Positions 29,739 through 38,112 of a DNA stretch of 64,000 nucleotides are shown here, piece after piece. The DNA is from an uncultured Pseudomonadota bacterium. GTDB taxonomy: Bacteria > Pseudomonadota > Alphaproteobacteria > RF32 > CAG-239. The notes beneath the pieces were generated by a model, which saw only the letters and a list, made by a program, of their open reading frames with translations, did no database searches and was not told where the DNA came from. The DNA is taken from positions 2,331 through 66,330 of the forward strand of contig CADAJN010000008.1 in the NCBI GenBank assembly GCA_902788365.1, in the 5' to 3' direction. Position numbers and translations under genes: made by a program. Position 1 is the stretch's first letter, and each line of letters starts with the position of its first letter.

Positions 29739-29927
29739 TCAACGACGATTGTCGGCCATTGCGTATGCTGTTTCAATGGTTACCTCCTTTTCGGCCTCAT
29801 AAATTGCCTTAGCTCCGATTGTATAAAAATCCACCAGTCTGTTTGTTATTTCATCAAGTTCAGCATCCGTAACGTCGGGATAATAAACTTTAAGCTCATT
29901 TTTGAGCAAACTATATGTATCTGTCAT
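29739..29927 (-). CDS. Small hypothetical protein at the island end
   Basis: 62-aa ORF with protein-like composition. Confidence 0.5.
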   Translation of the reverse strand: MTDTYSLLKNELKVYYPDVTDAELDEITNRLVDFYTIGAKAIYEAEKEVTIETAYAMADNRR

Positions 29928-29989
29928 GCATTATAGAATTCAGAGCAATGCGCTTTTCTAATAAAATAAAGCTCCAAATAGTTTATTTT

Positions 29990-30604
29990 TCAAATGCAAG
30001 CAGACTGCCTATCTATCCTGTCTAAATAACGTCTTAAAGTGCCGCGACCGACACCTAAAATGCGCGCAATTTCAGATTTTGATATACCTTTTTCGAGCAA
30101 TTTACGGATGCGCCGGCTGTTTTTGCTTAATTTCAGTTTTTTTGACTCTGCCGTAAATGGACGGCCGAGCTTTTTGCCTTGCGCCTTAATATTTGCCAAG
30201 CTTGTTTTGGTGCGGTCAGAGATGAGTTTTCGTTCAATTTCGGCAGCTAAACCGAAGGCAAAGGCCAAAACTTTGCTTTGTATATCGTTTCCAAGCCGAT
30301 AATTTTCTTTTATCGTCCAGACCTGGCAATTTTTATTAAGACACGTTTCCAAAATACGCATTACTTCCAACAGGGAGCGACCTAAACGCGATATTTCACA
30401 AGAGATTAACACATCATTTTCTTGCAAATTGTCCAGCAATTCTCCAAGCTTGCGATTTTTCAGGGTTTTCCGGCTTGATATTTTTTCTTCTACCCATGTG
30501 TCGATTTTTATGCCTTCTTTAAGCGCGAAATTTTCTATTTCAAAACGCTGATGTTCGAGCGTCTGTTTATTTGAGCTAACCCTTATATATCCGATGTTTG
30601 CCAT
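29990..30604 (-). CDS. Serine recombinase, Mpi-like DNA invertase family
   Basis: GYIRVSS..Q...QR, EISRLGRS, VWTIKENYRLGNDIQSKVLAFAFGLAAEIERKLISDRTK, GRP, C-terminal HTH. Confidence 0.9.
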   Translation of the reverse strand: MANIGYIRVSSNKQTLEHQRFEIENFALKEGIKIDTWVEEKISSRKTLKNRKLGELLDNLQENDVLISCEISRLGRSLLEVMRILETCLNKNCQVWTIKENYRLGNDIQSKVLAFAFGLAAEIERKLISDRTKTSLANIKAQGKKLGRPFTAESKKLKLSKNSRRIRKLLEKGISKSEIARILGVGRGTLRRYLDRIDRQSACI

Positions 30605-30629
30605 ATTCAAAAGTCTCCAAAAATAAGTT

Positions 30630-30812
30630 AAAAAACTGGTCCATTTAATAGAACGTTTAAATCAACCAGTTTTTTGCACTTACACACCTTTTATTCAAAA
30701 ATAGTGAAATACAGCATTTATAAGATTTATGAAAGATTTACACTTCTTAACTTCTGGCAAGAAAATCCCTTTTTGCCCTTTGGCTTTAAACGTTGGTTTA
30801 TGGCAAAGGCAT
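30630..30812. promoter_or_regulatory. Pair of inverted dyad-symmetric recombinase sites; candidate invertible promoter segment
   Basis: Site L AAAAAACTGGTCCATTTAATAG-AA-CGTTTAAATCAACCAGTTTTTT; site R TGCCCTTTGGCTTTAAACG-TT-GGTTTATGGCAAAGGCA; shared inverted 10-mer AACGTTTAAA. Confidence 0.6.
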
Positions 30813-30838
30813 AAGTATGGAAATGTCGGAGATAAGAA

Positions 30839-31753
30839 ATGGTTAAGGTTGCTGTTATTATACCGGTTTATAATGTTGAAACATATTTACCTCAATGCTT
30901 GGATAGTGTGATAAATCAAACACTTTCGGATATTGAAATTATCTGCGTAAATGATGGTTCAACCGATAATAGTGGCGAAATTTTAGCTCAATATGCGGTA
31001 AAGGAGAAAAGAATAAAGGTAATAAACCAACAAAATCAAGGGTTATCTGCCGCACGAAATGCAGGATTGAAAATAGCAACGGCAAACTACATTTCGTTTA
31101 TTGACAGTGATGATTTTGTGCATCCTCAATTTTTAGAAATTTTATATAATGCCATTCAAACTAGTAATTCTGATATTGCCGGTTGCAATTTTGCAAAAAT
31201 TTCTGATGATAAAGAAATTTTGAAGATAGAAAATACATCACCAAAGATTTATACACCAGCATTAAACGTGCTACTGGATACGAAAAATTTTATCCATTTT
31301 AATGTGTGGAATAAGCTTTATAATCGTAAGGCAATGCAAAATATTTCTTTTGTTGAGGGGATTTACTATGAAGATTGGATTTTTAATATTTGCGTTTTCG
31401 CACAGATTAAATCATTTGCTTGGATAAACTCTCCGCTTTATGGATATCGTATTTCCAATGAATCTATCATGCGCAGTTCATATAATTTGAAGAAATTAAA
31501 CGATTATGTAACTGGAATCAATGAAGTCTATGATTTTATAAATAAAAATTATCCGGAACAATGGCAGAAAATAAAACAAACGCGAATTGCCCGCACTGTA
31601 AAAATGATGATGAACAGCGCTTTACGATCAAAAGATGCTGAAATTGTTGCAAACACCAAAAAAGTACTAAAAAAACTATATGATTGCTCTGTTATTGGAT
31701 ATAGCGGGCTTTCTTTGCACAATAAAATTAAACTACTCAATTTTTTACATTAA
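30839..31753 (+). CDS. Glycosyltransferase family 2
   Basis: IIPVYNVE, VNDGSTD, GLSAARNAGL, FIDSDD, YYED. Confidence 0.93.
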   Translation: MVKVAVIIPVYNVETYLPQCLDSVINQTLSDIEIICVNDGSTDNSGEILAQYAVKEKRIKVINQQNQGLSAARNAGLKIATANYISFIDSDDFVHPQFLEILYNAIQTSNSDIAGCNFAKISDDKEILKIENTSPKIYTPALNVLLDTKNFIHFNVWNKLYNRKAMQNISFVEGIYYEDWIFNICVFAQIKSFAWINSPLYGYRISNESIMRSSYNLKKLNDYVTGINEVYDFINKNYPEQWQKIKQTRIARTVKMMMNSALRSKDAEIVANTKKVLKKLYDCSVIGYSGLSLHNKIKLLNFLH

Positions 31754-31764
31754 AAGGAGCCAAT

Positions 31765-32757
31765 ATGATACCAAAAAGAATTTTTTATGTATGGGGCGCA
31801 TATGATGATAAAAAGCGTGATGTTTTAGCTTGTATGCAATCTTGGCGACAAAATTGCCAAGATTATGAAATAGTTGAAATTAACGAAAATAGTGTGGAAT
31901 ATTTTGACTTCCAAAAAGAATTACAGCAAAACAAATGGTTTAGAACGGTCTTTGAAAAGAAGATGTGGGCTTATGTTGCTGACTACATACGCGTTAAAGT
32001 CTTATATGATAATGGCGGAATTTATTTGGATACAGATGTTACTGTTATTAAAAATTTTGATAAATTTCTTAATGATCCTGCTTTTGTAGGAATTCAATGT
32101 AGCGGAAGATGGAATTATGTAGAACCTGCAATTTTAGGTGCACAAAGAGGAAACAAATTTCTACATGAGATTACTGAATTTTATAATGACGAGATATGGA
32201 CACAACCAATATATACGATGCCACAAATTTTTGAACATTATTTGCAGCGTATGTATAATATATATAAATTTCCTTCTAAGCAAAAGCAAACCTTAATTAA
32301 GACAAATGATATTTATATCTATCCAGAGCGTATTTTTATTCCTTTTGAATTTGGTCAAAAATTTTCTCCTGAATGTGTAGAAAAAGATACTCATACAATT
32401 CATTGGTTTGGCGGTAGTTGGTTGAAACCTGACATTGAATATTTTTTGAAGAATAAACATAAAAATACCTCATTTATATCTTCAAAAATTAAACGCTATT
32501 ACGTTATTAAATTATTTAAGTATATTCCTATTATATGTATATATACCAAAGAAAAAGAAAATAATGGTATGTGGAATAAAATAACATATATCAGATTGTT
32601 GTATGTTATTCCGCTTATAAAATATATAAAGAATATTAAAGGTTTCAAAATAAAGTTATTCGACGTTATTTCTTTTTTAAGATACAAAAACATAGAAAAC
32701 AAATACAATTTTTATTTATTTAATTTTATTCCTCTTTTAAAAATTCGGAGAAAATAG
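31765..32757 (+). CDS. GT32-like (DXD) glycosyltransferase
   Basis: MIPKRIFYVW, WAYVADYIR, GGIYLDTDV, IHWFGGSW. Confidence 0.9.
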   Translation: MIPKRIFYVWGAYDDKKRDVLACMQSWRQNCQDYEIVEINENSVEYFDFQKELQQNKWFRTVFEKKMWAYVADYIRVKVLYDNGGIYLDTDVTVIKNFDKFLNDPAFVGIQCSGRWNYVEPAILGAQRGNKFLHEITEFYNDEIWTQPIYTMPQIFEHYLQRMYNIYKFPSKQKQTLIKTNDIYIYPERIFIPFEFGQKFSPECVEKDTHTIHWFGGSWLKPDIEYFLKNKHKNTSFISSKIKRYYVIKLFKYIPIICIYTKEKENNGMWNKITYIRLLYVIPLIKYIKNIKGFKIKLFDVISFLRYKNIENKYNFYLFNFIPLLKIRRK

Positions 32758-33768
32758 ATGCCTAAAGTTACAATTATCATTCCTGTTTATAACGTCGAAA
32801 AATATATACACCAGTCTGTAAATAGTGCTCTTGCTCAAACATTGAAAGACATTGAAATTATTCTTATTGATGATCAGAGCCCGGATAATTGTCCGCAAAT
32901 TTGCGATGAATATGCTAAAATGGATTCAAGAGTTATTGTTGTCCACCAAAGAAACAGAGGTTTGGGTGGAGCTAGAAATGCAGGTTTAGATATAGCAAAA
33001 GGAGATTATATTTTATTTTTAGACTCGGATGATTGGATCGCTCTAGAGTGTTGCGAACAAATGTATAATATTGCTCTGAAGTATCAAACAGATATTGTCT
33101 TATCAGGAGAAGTTTTATATCTAGAAGACCAGGATAGGTTTTCTCCTGGGTACAGGCATTATCGCGCACAAATTATGCAGAATATAACGCATGAAACATA
33201 TATTAAATGTTTTACACCGGCATGGGGCAGATTATATAAAAAATCCTTTATAGATAAATATCATTTAAGATTCGTCGAAAAATGTCTTTATGAAGATAAT
33301 TCTTGGGGATGTTTGATCGCAGGTTTAACTGAAAAAGTATCATATGCGGGTAATTTTTTCTATTACCGGCAACGGTCTGGAAGCATTACGAGTAATGTAG
33401 ACGAACGGGTTTTAGATTGGGTCCGTGATTTTAAGTATTTTCAAAAAATACTTAAAAAAGTTCCTTTACCTAAGCAAAAGTTAATTTGGGCTTATGAGTG
33501 GTATTTGCTGAACTTTTACAATTACTTTAAAAAATGTTCTCCAAATCTGCAATGGCGTTTTTTTCATTTTATATCGGATAATTTTCAACCTGTAAATCTC
33601 TCTGAAAAGGATTTATTAAAAAATGCAATCTTTAACGATAAAAATGGTGAAATTTTAGAATTTTACAGAAAAATAAAGAAAAAAGAGCTGCATTCATATT
33701 GTTTAGACTTCAAACTATTTGGTTGTATTCCCCTTATTTCTTTTATTGCTAAAGAAAAGGAAATATAA
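32758..33768 (+). CDS. Glycosyltransferase family 2
   Basis: IIPVYNVEKY, DDQSPD, GLGGARNAGL, FLDSDD, YED. Confidence 0.93.
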   Translation: MPKVTIIIPVYNVEKYIHQSVNSALAQTLKDIEIILIDDQSPDNCPQICDEYAKMDSRVIVVHQRNRGLGGARNAGLDIAKGDYILFLDSDDWIALECCEQMYNIALKYQTDIVLSGEVLYLEDQDRFSPGYRHYRAQIMQNITHETYIKCFTPAWGRLYKKSFIDKYHLRFVEKCLYEDNSWGCLIAGLTEKVSYAGNFFYYRQRSGSITSNVDERVLDWVRDFKYFQKILKKVPLPKQKLIWAYEWYLLNFYNYFKKCSPNLQWRFFHFISDNFQPVNLSEKDLLKNAIFNDKNGEILEFYRKIKKKELHSYCLDFKLFGCIPLISFIAKEKEI

Positions 33769-33770
33769 CT

Positions 33771-34541
33771 ATGCTGCACTATATTCATAGACATGATATT
33801 CAAAATACCGGTGATTATAAATGTTGTCCTTTAGAATATTTTTTCTATATGTTTCCTTTAGATTACCTAGTACATGATATTTATAATATTAACTATGCAA
33901 TGATCGAAAAAAATGATATTGTTATATTAGGCGGTGGTGGATTATTAGATTGTATAAATAAATGGAATGTCAGCATAAATAAATTACTAGATATTTGTGA
34001 CAATGTTATATCATGGGGATGCGGGTTTAATTTTTATAACACAATAATAAATGATAAAATAGCATTTGAAAAGTTCAAATTATTATCAATTAGAGATTAT
34101 CGCCATCCTTCAAAATATAAATTTGTGCCTTGTGTTTCTTGCATGATGCCTGAATTATCGAGATTTTTTGAGATTAAACGGAATATCGGAATTTTAGAAT
34201 ACAAGGATAATCCTATAATAACTTTCAGTTATCCCAAAATATCTAATAAAGCATCATTAGATGAAATTATTGAATTTATAGGATCATCCAACGTTATTAT
34301 TACAAATTCCTACCACGCCTGTTATTGGGCAACCTTAATGAAAAAGAAAGTTATTCTTTACAATGAGCACAGTTCAAAATTTGATTATATACAATATGCG
34401 CCTGTAAAATATAGCGGTAATCTTCGTAAAGACATTCGGCGGGCAAAGATTTATGAAGATGCTCTAGATAATTGTAGAAAAACAAATATTGAATTTGCAA
34501 ATAATGTTCGTAACTTTATAAAAAAATCAGAGGACATTTAA
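33771..34541 (+). CDS. Polysaccharide pyruvyl transferase-like protein
   Basis: NTGD, ILGGGGL, WGCG, SIRD, ITNSYHA. Confidence 0.8.
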   Translation: MLHYIHRHDIQNTGDYKCCPLEYFFYMFPLDYLVHDIYNINYAMIEKNDIVILGGGGLLDCINKWNVSINKLLDICDNVISWGCGFNFYNTIINDKIAFEKFKLLSIRDYRHPSKYKFVPCVSCMMPELSRFFEIKRNIGILEYKDNPIITFSYPKISNKASLDEIIEFIGSSNVIITNSYHACYWATLMKKKVILYNEHSSKFDYIQYAPVKYSGNLRKDIRRAKIYEDALDNCRKTNIEFANNVRNFIKKSEDI

Positions 34542-34542
34542 C

Positions 34543-34974
34543 ATGACAACATATTACATAGTATCCGGTGGATTTGCCCCCATTCATGAAGGACATATCG
34601 AGATGATAAAGGCTTCGGCTGCAGCATCTGACGGTGTGATTGTATTGGCTAATTCTGATGCTTGGTTGTGCCGCAAAAAAGGTAAAAATTTCCAGACCAT
34701 GAAAACTCGTAAAGCGATTTTGGAAAACTTAAAAGGCGTTATAGATGTTTTGGAATTTGATGATTCAGATAATTCGGCTTCTGACGGCATAAGAAAAGCT
34801 CGTGCCAAATATCCGGCTGAACGTTTGGTGTTTGCAAACGGCGGAGACAGAGGCAAAGATAATATTCCGGAAGGTCCGGCTTGCCAAGAGTGTAATATGG
34901 ATTTAGCTTTTGGGGTTGGCGGTAACAATAAAGCCAACTCATCTTCTTGGATTTTGGAAAACTGGAATAAGTAA
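34543..34974 (+). CDS. Cytidylyl/adenylyltransferase (TagD/RfaE-II-like)
   Basis: SGGFAPIHEGH (HxGH), NSD.WL.RKKG, FANGGDR, KANSSSWIL. Confidence 0.88.
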   Translation: MTTYYIVSGGFAPIHEGHIEMIKASAAASDGVIVLANSDAWLCRKKGKNFQTMKTRKAILENLKGVIDVLEFDDSDNSASDGIRKARAKYPAERLVFANGGDRGKDNIPEGPACQECNMDLAFGVGGNNKANSSSWILENWNK

Positions 34975-35050
34975 TTTTTTAGCATTAGTCGATTTTCAAA
35001 ATATATAAGCATCGCACATCAACTTACGCACGGGGTTGGTGTTTATTTTT

Positions 35051-35433
35051 TGGCGGTGAGATAGGGAAAACTTCGCTGCGCTACATGCTCGGCGCTCATC
35101 GCTTTCAGCGACCGGCATACTCCGTCTGCCTTGCGCTTGAGTGCGAACAAAGGGCGTTTATTTATTGGCGGTGAGATAGGGAAAAACTTCGCTGTGCTAC
35201 GTGCTCGGCGCTCATCGCTTTCAGCGACCGGCATACTCCGTCTGCCTTGCGCTTGAGTGCGAACCCCTTCTTCTGGGGTTCAAATCCTAACTCTCCGCAT
35301 AAATAAAAAAAACGCCCCAAAGGGCGTTTCTTTATTGGCGGTGAGATAGGGAAAACTTCGCTGCGCTACATGCTCGGCGCTCATCGCTTTCAGCGACCGG
35401 CATACTCCGTCTGCCTTGCGCTTGAGTGCGAAC
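35051..35433 (-). repeat. Three tandem tRNA-linked repeats (about 98 nt; 35051-35148, 35166-35264, 35336-35433)
   Basis: Each unit is the last 17 nt of tRNA-Ser, a 76-nt conserved insert and GTTCG; the copies are near-identical. Confidence 0.92.
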
Positions 35434-35446
35434 GGCGTTTCTTTAT

Positions 35447-35538
35447 TGGCGGTGAGATAGGGATTCGAACCCCAGGTACGCAACAAAACGTACAATTGAT
35501 TTCGAGTCAACCGCATTCGACCACTCTGCCATCTCACC
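35447..35538 (-). tRNA. tRNA-Ser (anticodon CGA)
   Basis: GGTGAGATGGCAGAGTGGTCGAATGCGG-TTGA-CTCGAAA-TCAA, long variable arm, GGGTTCGAATCCC, encoded CCA. Confidence 0.96.
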
Positions 35539-35660
35539 ATGCGGTTTTTATCTTTTATTCCATTTCCTTTTAAAATGCAACATTTTTTTTATAATTGCTT
35601 CTGGACTTTTTGCGTCCAATGCGTTATACTGCCGCAAAATCAAACATAGCGGAGATTTTA

Positions 35661-36326
35661 ATGCTGGCCAAAGAATATCGTGTTGTATGTTCCAAACCCA
35701 AATTCGGCAGCAATATCATTGTAGATATTGCGCCGTCGCAGGGCGTTACCCACGACCAAATTTTTTTCAGTCGCAATTGGTTTTATAGACAGCAAACCGG
35801 ACAAGATCTGGTTAAATACAACTACTCCATCATGCTTAAAGAAACCGATACCGGCGAACCTATAGTGCAATTTCCGACGGAGCTTAATTTGCCTGCCAAA
35901 AGCGAAATGCATCGCACCATGCAATGCGACTTTGATAAGCTGGAGCCGGAAATTATCAAAGCCTATCGGCAAATGCGCGCCGACGGTTTGGAATCAACTT
36001 TATATGTTTATAGTGTGACCGAAATGTCGGCACTTGAAGAAACCATGCGCTCGCCGGAAGAAGAGGCTTTTGACCGCAAGCAACGCGAAAAACGCGCCCG
36101 TTTTGCGGCACAAACTGCTCCGCAATCTTATCGCGAAAAACACTTACCGCCGCATTCGTCTGCAAACGAGCCGACCTACCCGCAAAATTTGCAACAAGAA
36201 GAAAATATGCGCGTTATTGCCGAATTTAAACAGGCACAACAACATCATATTGCCGCCGAGCAACATTTGGCACAGCAAACCATGCCGGCGTGGTTGCGCT
36301 TTCAAAAAGAATACAGCGGCGACTAA
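35661..36326 (+). CDS. Hypothetical protein with Q-rich low-complexity tail
   Basis: ATG 35661 after GGAG; no recognisable family. Confidence 0.75.
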   Translation: MLAKEYRVVCSKPKFGSNIIVDIAPSQGVTHDQIFFSRNWFYRQQTGQDLVKYNYSIMLKETDTGEPIVQFPTELNLPAKSEMHRTMQCDFDKLEPEIIKAYRQMRADGLESTLYVYSVTEMSALEETMRSPEEEAFDRKQREKRARFAAQTAPQSYREKHLPPHSSANEPTYPQNLQQEENMRVIAEFKQAQQHHIAAEQHLAQQTMPAWLRFQKEYSGD

Positions 36327-36353
36327 ACTATTTTCACCGGATAAAATTTAAAT

Positions 36354-36920
36354 TGTCATCGCTTGCTTTGCAACAACACTTCAGCGCGCCAGCGCCATAT
36401 AATGTCATCGCTCATTCTTTCTTTCCCCTGTCATGCAGAGGAAGCCTTTTAAGGCTGACGAAGGCATCCCCGCACAAAGTGCGGCAAAAACAATGTCATC
36501 GCTCATTCGGCGTAAGTCCGAATGATAAGCGATCTTCCACTTTGTTCACTCATCCACTAAATTCGCTTTAACTACTGTTCAGGCTCATAAAGTGAACTTC
36601 GCCTGTCGTCTAAAAACAACATTTTAAGGTTGTTTTTGTTCCTCAAGCCCCGCAAGCGGGGAGCCGGAGGGGCTAATCTATCCTTATAAAAAAATAATTT
36701 GCACTGCGTAAGCAGCAGCGAAGCTTCTGATGCCTTGACCTCGCTACGCAAGCTCCGCTCAGGGCATGACAGTTTATATATTATCCACGCAAAGCGCGGA
36801 GGCATGACTTTTATATATTATAATGTCATTCTCGGGGCTTGCAACAGCAAGAACCCGAGAATCTTGGCAAATTATAATGATTCGGCCGAGATACCACGGT
36901 CGAAGCCGTGGTATGACAGT
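36354..36920. repeat. Composite REP/RPE-like repeat cluster
   Basis: Several GTCAT-footed hairpins, their inverted partners ending ATGAC, and a CCCCGCAAGCGGGG hairpin. Confidence 0.85.
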
Positions 36921-37022
36921 TAAAAAAATACTTTTAAAAATAAAAACAGCGCCTGAATCTCTTCCGGTAAAGGAAAAAACTCAAACGCTGTTGATTGTGC
37001 AGATCAGAACGCTACTTGTAGA

Positions 37023-37502
37023 TTAGAGCCAAATCTGGTACTCTTTCTCTACACTACGCACGCGCTTCATCGGGACATACTGTGCGTGCTTGGCTGCACG
37101 ATAAGTTATACCCTTTCCGTTCAGAATTCTCTTGGCAGGATAGAAGCGGCCCTCGTAATACATTACCGAATTTGCTCCCTCAATCCAGTCCCCGTTTTCC
37201 TTATTCAGGTAGATGGACAACGTGGACACGAGCTTGCCGGTTGAGAAATCTCTGACACGAATCATGCGCTCTCCATACTCTACAACGAAAAGCTCGCGCT
37301 CCTCGTTGAGGTAGAAACCGCGGGACATGATGTTGCCGTCAATCATCTCTAGCACAGCTTCAGCGACGTTTTCAGTCTCAGGGGCCTCAGCAATCTCGGT
37401 GGTCTCAGGTGCTTCGGCGGCGTTCTCTACATTCTCATTGTTCTCGGCTGCGCAAGTCATAGCGGTTGCTACGAACATTGCAAAAAAGAAAAACTTCTTC
37501 AT
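37023..37502 (-). CDS. Secreted hypothetical protein with atypical codon usage
   Basis: Signal peptide MKKFFFFAMFVATAMTCAA, AEAPET repeat; frequent GAG/ATC/TAC codons unlike neighbours. Confidence 0.8.
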   Translation of the reverse strand: MKKFFFFAMFVATAMTCAAENNENVENAAEAPETTEIAEAPETENVAEAVLEMIDGNIMSRGFYLNEERELFVVEYGERMIRVRDFSTGKLVSTLSIYLNKENGDWIEGANSVMYYEGRFYPAKRILNGKGITYRAAKHAQYVPMKRVRSVEKEYQIWL

Positions 37503-37694
37503 AAAAAAAACTTATATTAAAAAATTAGTAAATCCGTGAAAAAGTGTGTGCTACAACCTTGAAAACAAGAATGCAGGTAGAAAAATCTACACGTAAATAA
37601 TATTATAAACGTCACACAATAATTTTTTGAAATCCCTTATAGTATAGCGCAAAAATCAGAATTTGTCAACATCTATGCACCATTTAATTTGAAC

Positions 37695-38060
37695 CGTCAT
37701 CGCACGTCCGGCAACAGTATTTTTAATGTCATCGCTCATTCGGCGACACCATAAAGCGCGCCAGCGCCTAATTTGTCATCGCTCGTTCAGCGACACCATA
37801 AAGCGCGCCAGCACCTAATTTGTCATCGCTCGTTCAGCGCCAGTCTGAACGATAAGCGATCTTCCGCTTCTTATCTTCCCCTTGCAAGCAAGGGGATTAG
37901 AGGGGTTAACATATATCCTTATAAAATAATTTGTAGATGCCTTGACCGCGCAAAGCGCGGAGGCTTGACTTTATTATTTTTACCTCGCTACGCAAGCTCC
38001 GCTCAGGGCATGACAGTTTATATATTATCCACGCAGAGCGTGGATGTATGACTTCATTAT
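37695..38060. repeat. Composite REP-like repeat cluster (direct repeat of part of 36490-36815)
   Basis: Tandem TGTCATCGCTC(A/G)TTC units; ACCTCGCTACGCAAGCTCCGCTCAGGGCATGACAGTTTATATATTATCCACGC identical to the copy near 36738. Confidence 0.85.
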
Positions 38061-38112
38061 TTTTACCTTGCCACGCAAACTACGCTTTGGACTTAACTAA
38101 AGCAAACTCAAC

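Larger units (their letters stand above)
29653..35056. mobile_element. About 5.4-kb AT-rich glycosylation genomic island at the tRNA-Ser locus
   Basis: Flanked by direct TTGGCGG cores (tRNA 3' end), visibly more AT-rich over the glycan genes, carries a serine recombinase and glycan genes. Confidence 0.8.

Noticed and set aside
35051-35433. CRISPR array or additional tRNA genes
   Set aside because: The sequence between the 17-nt repeats is near-identical rather than unique, and units lack D and anticodon arms.
35043-35573. ORFs 35043-35234, 35280-35540 and 35370-35573
   Set aside because: They are translations of the tRNA and its repeats.
36290-38051. Short ORFs over repeat clusters (36290, 36572, 36699, 36823, 37773; also 41394, 41491, 20554, 49131)
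   Set aside because: They are read-throughs of palindromic repeats with no RBS or protein-like composition.
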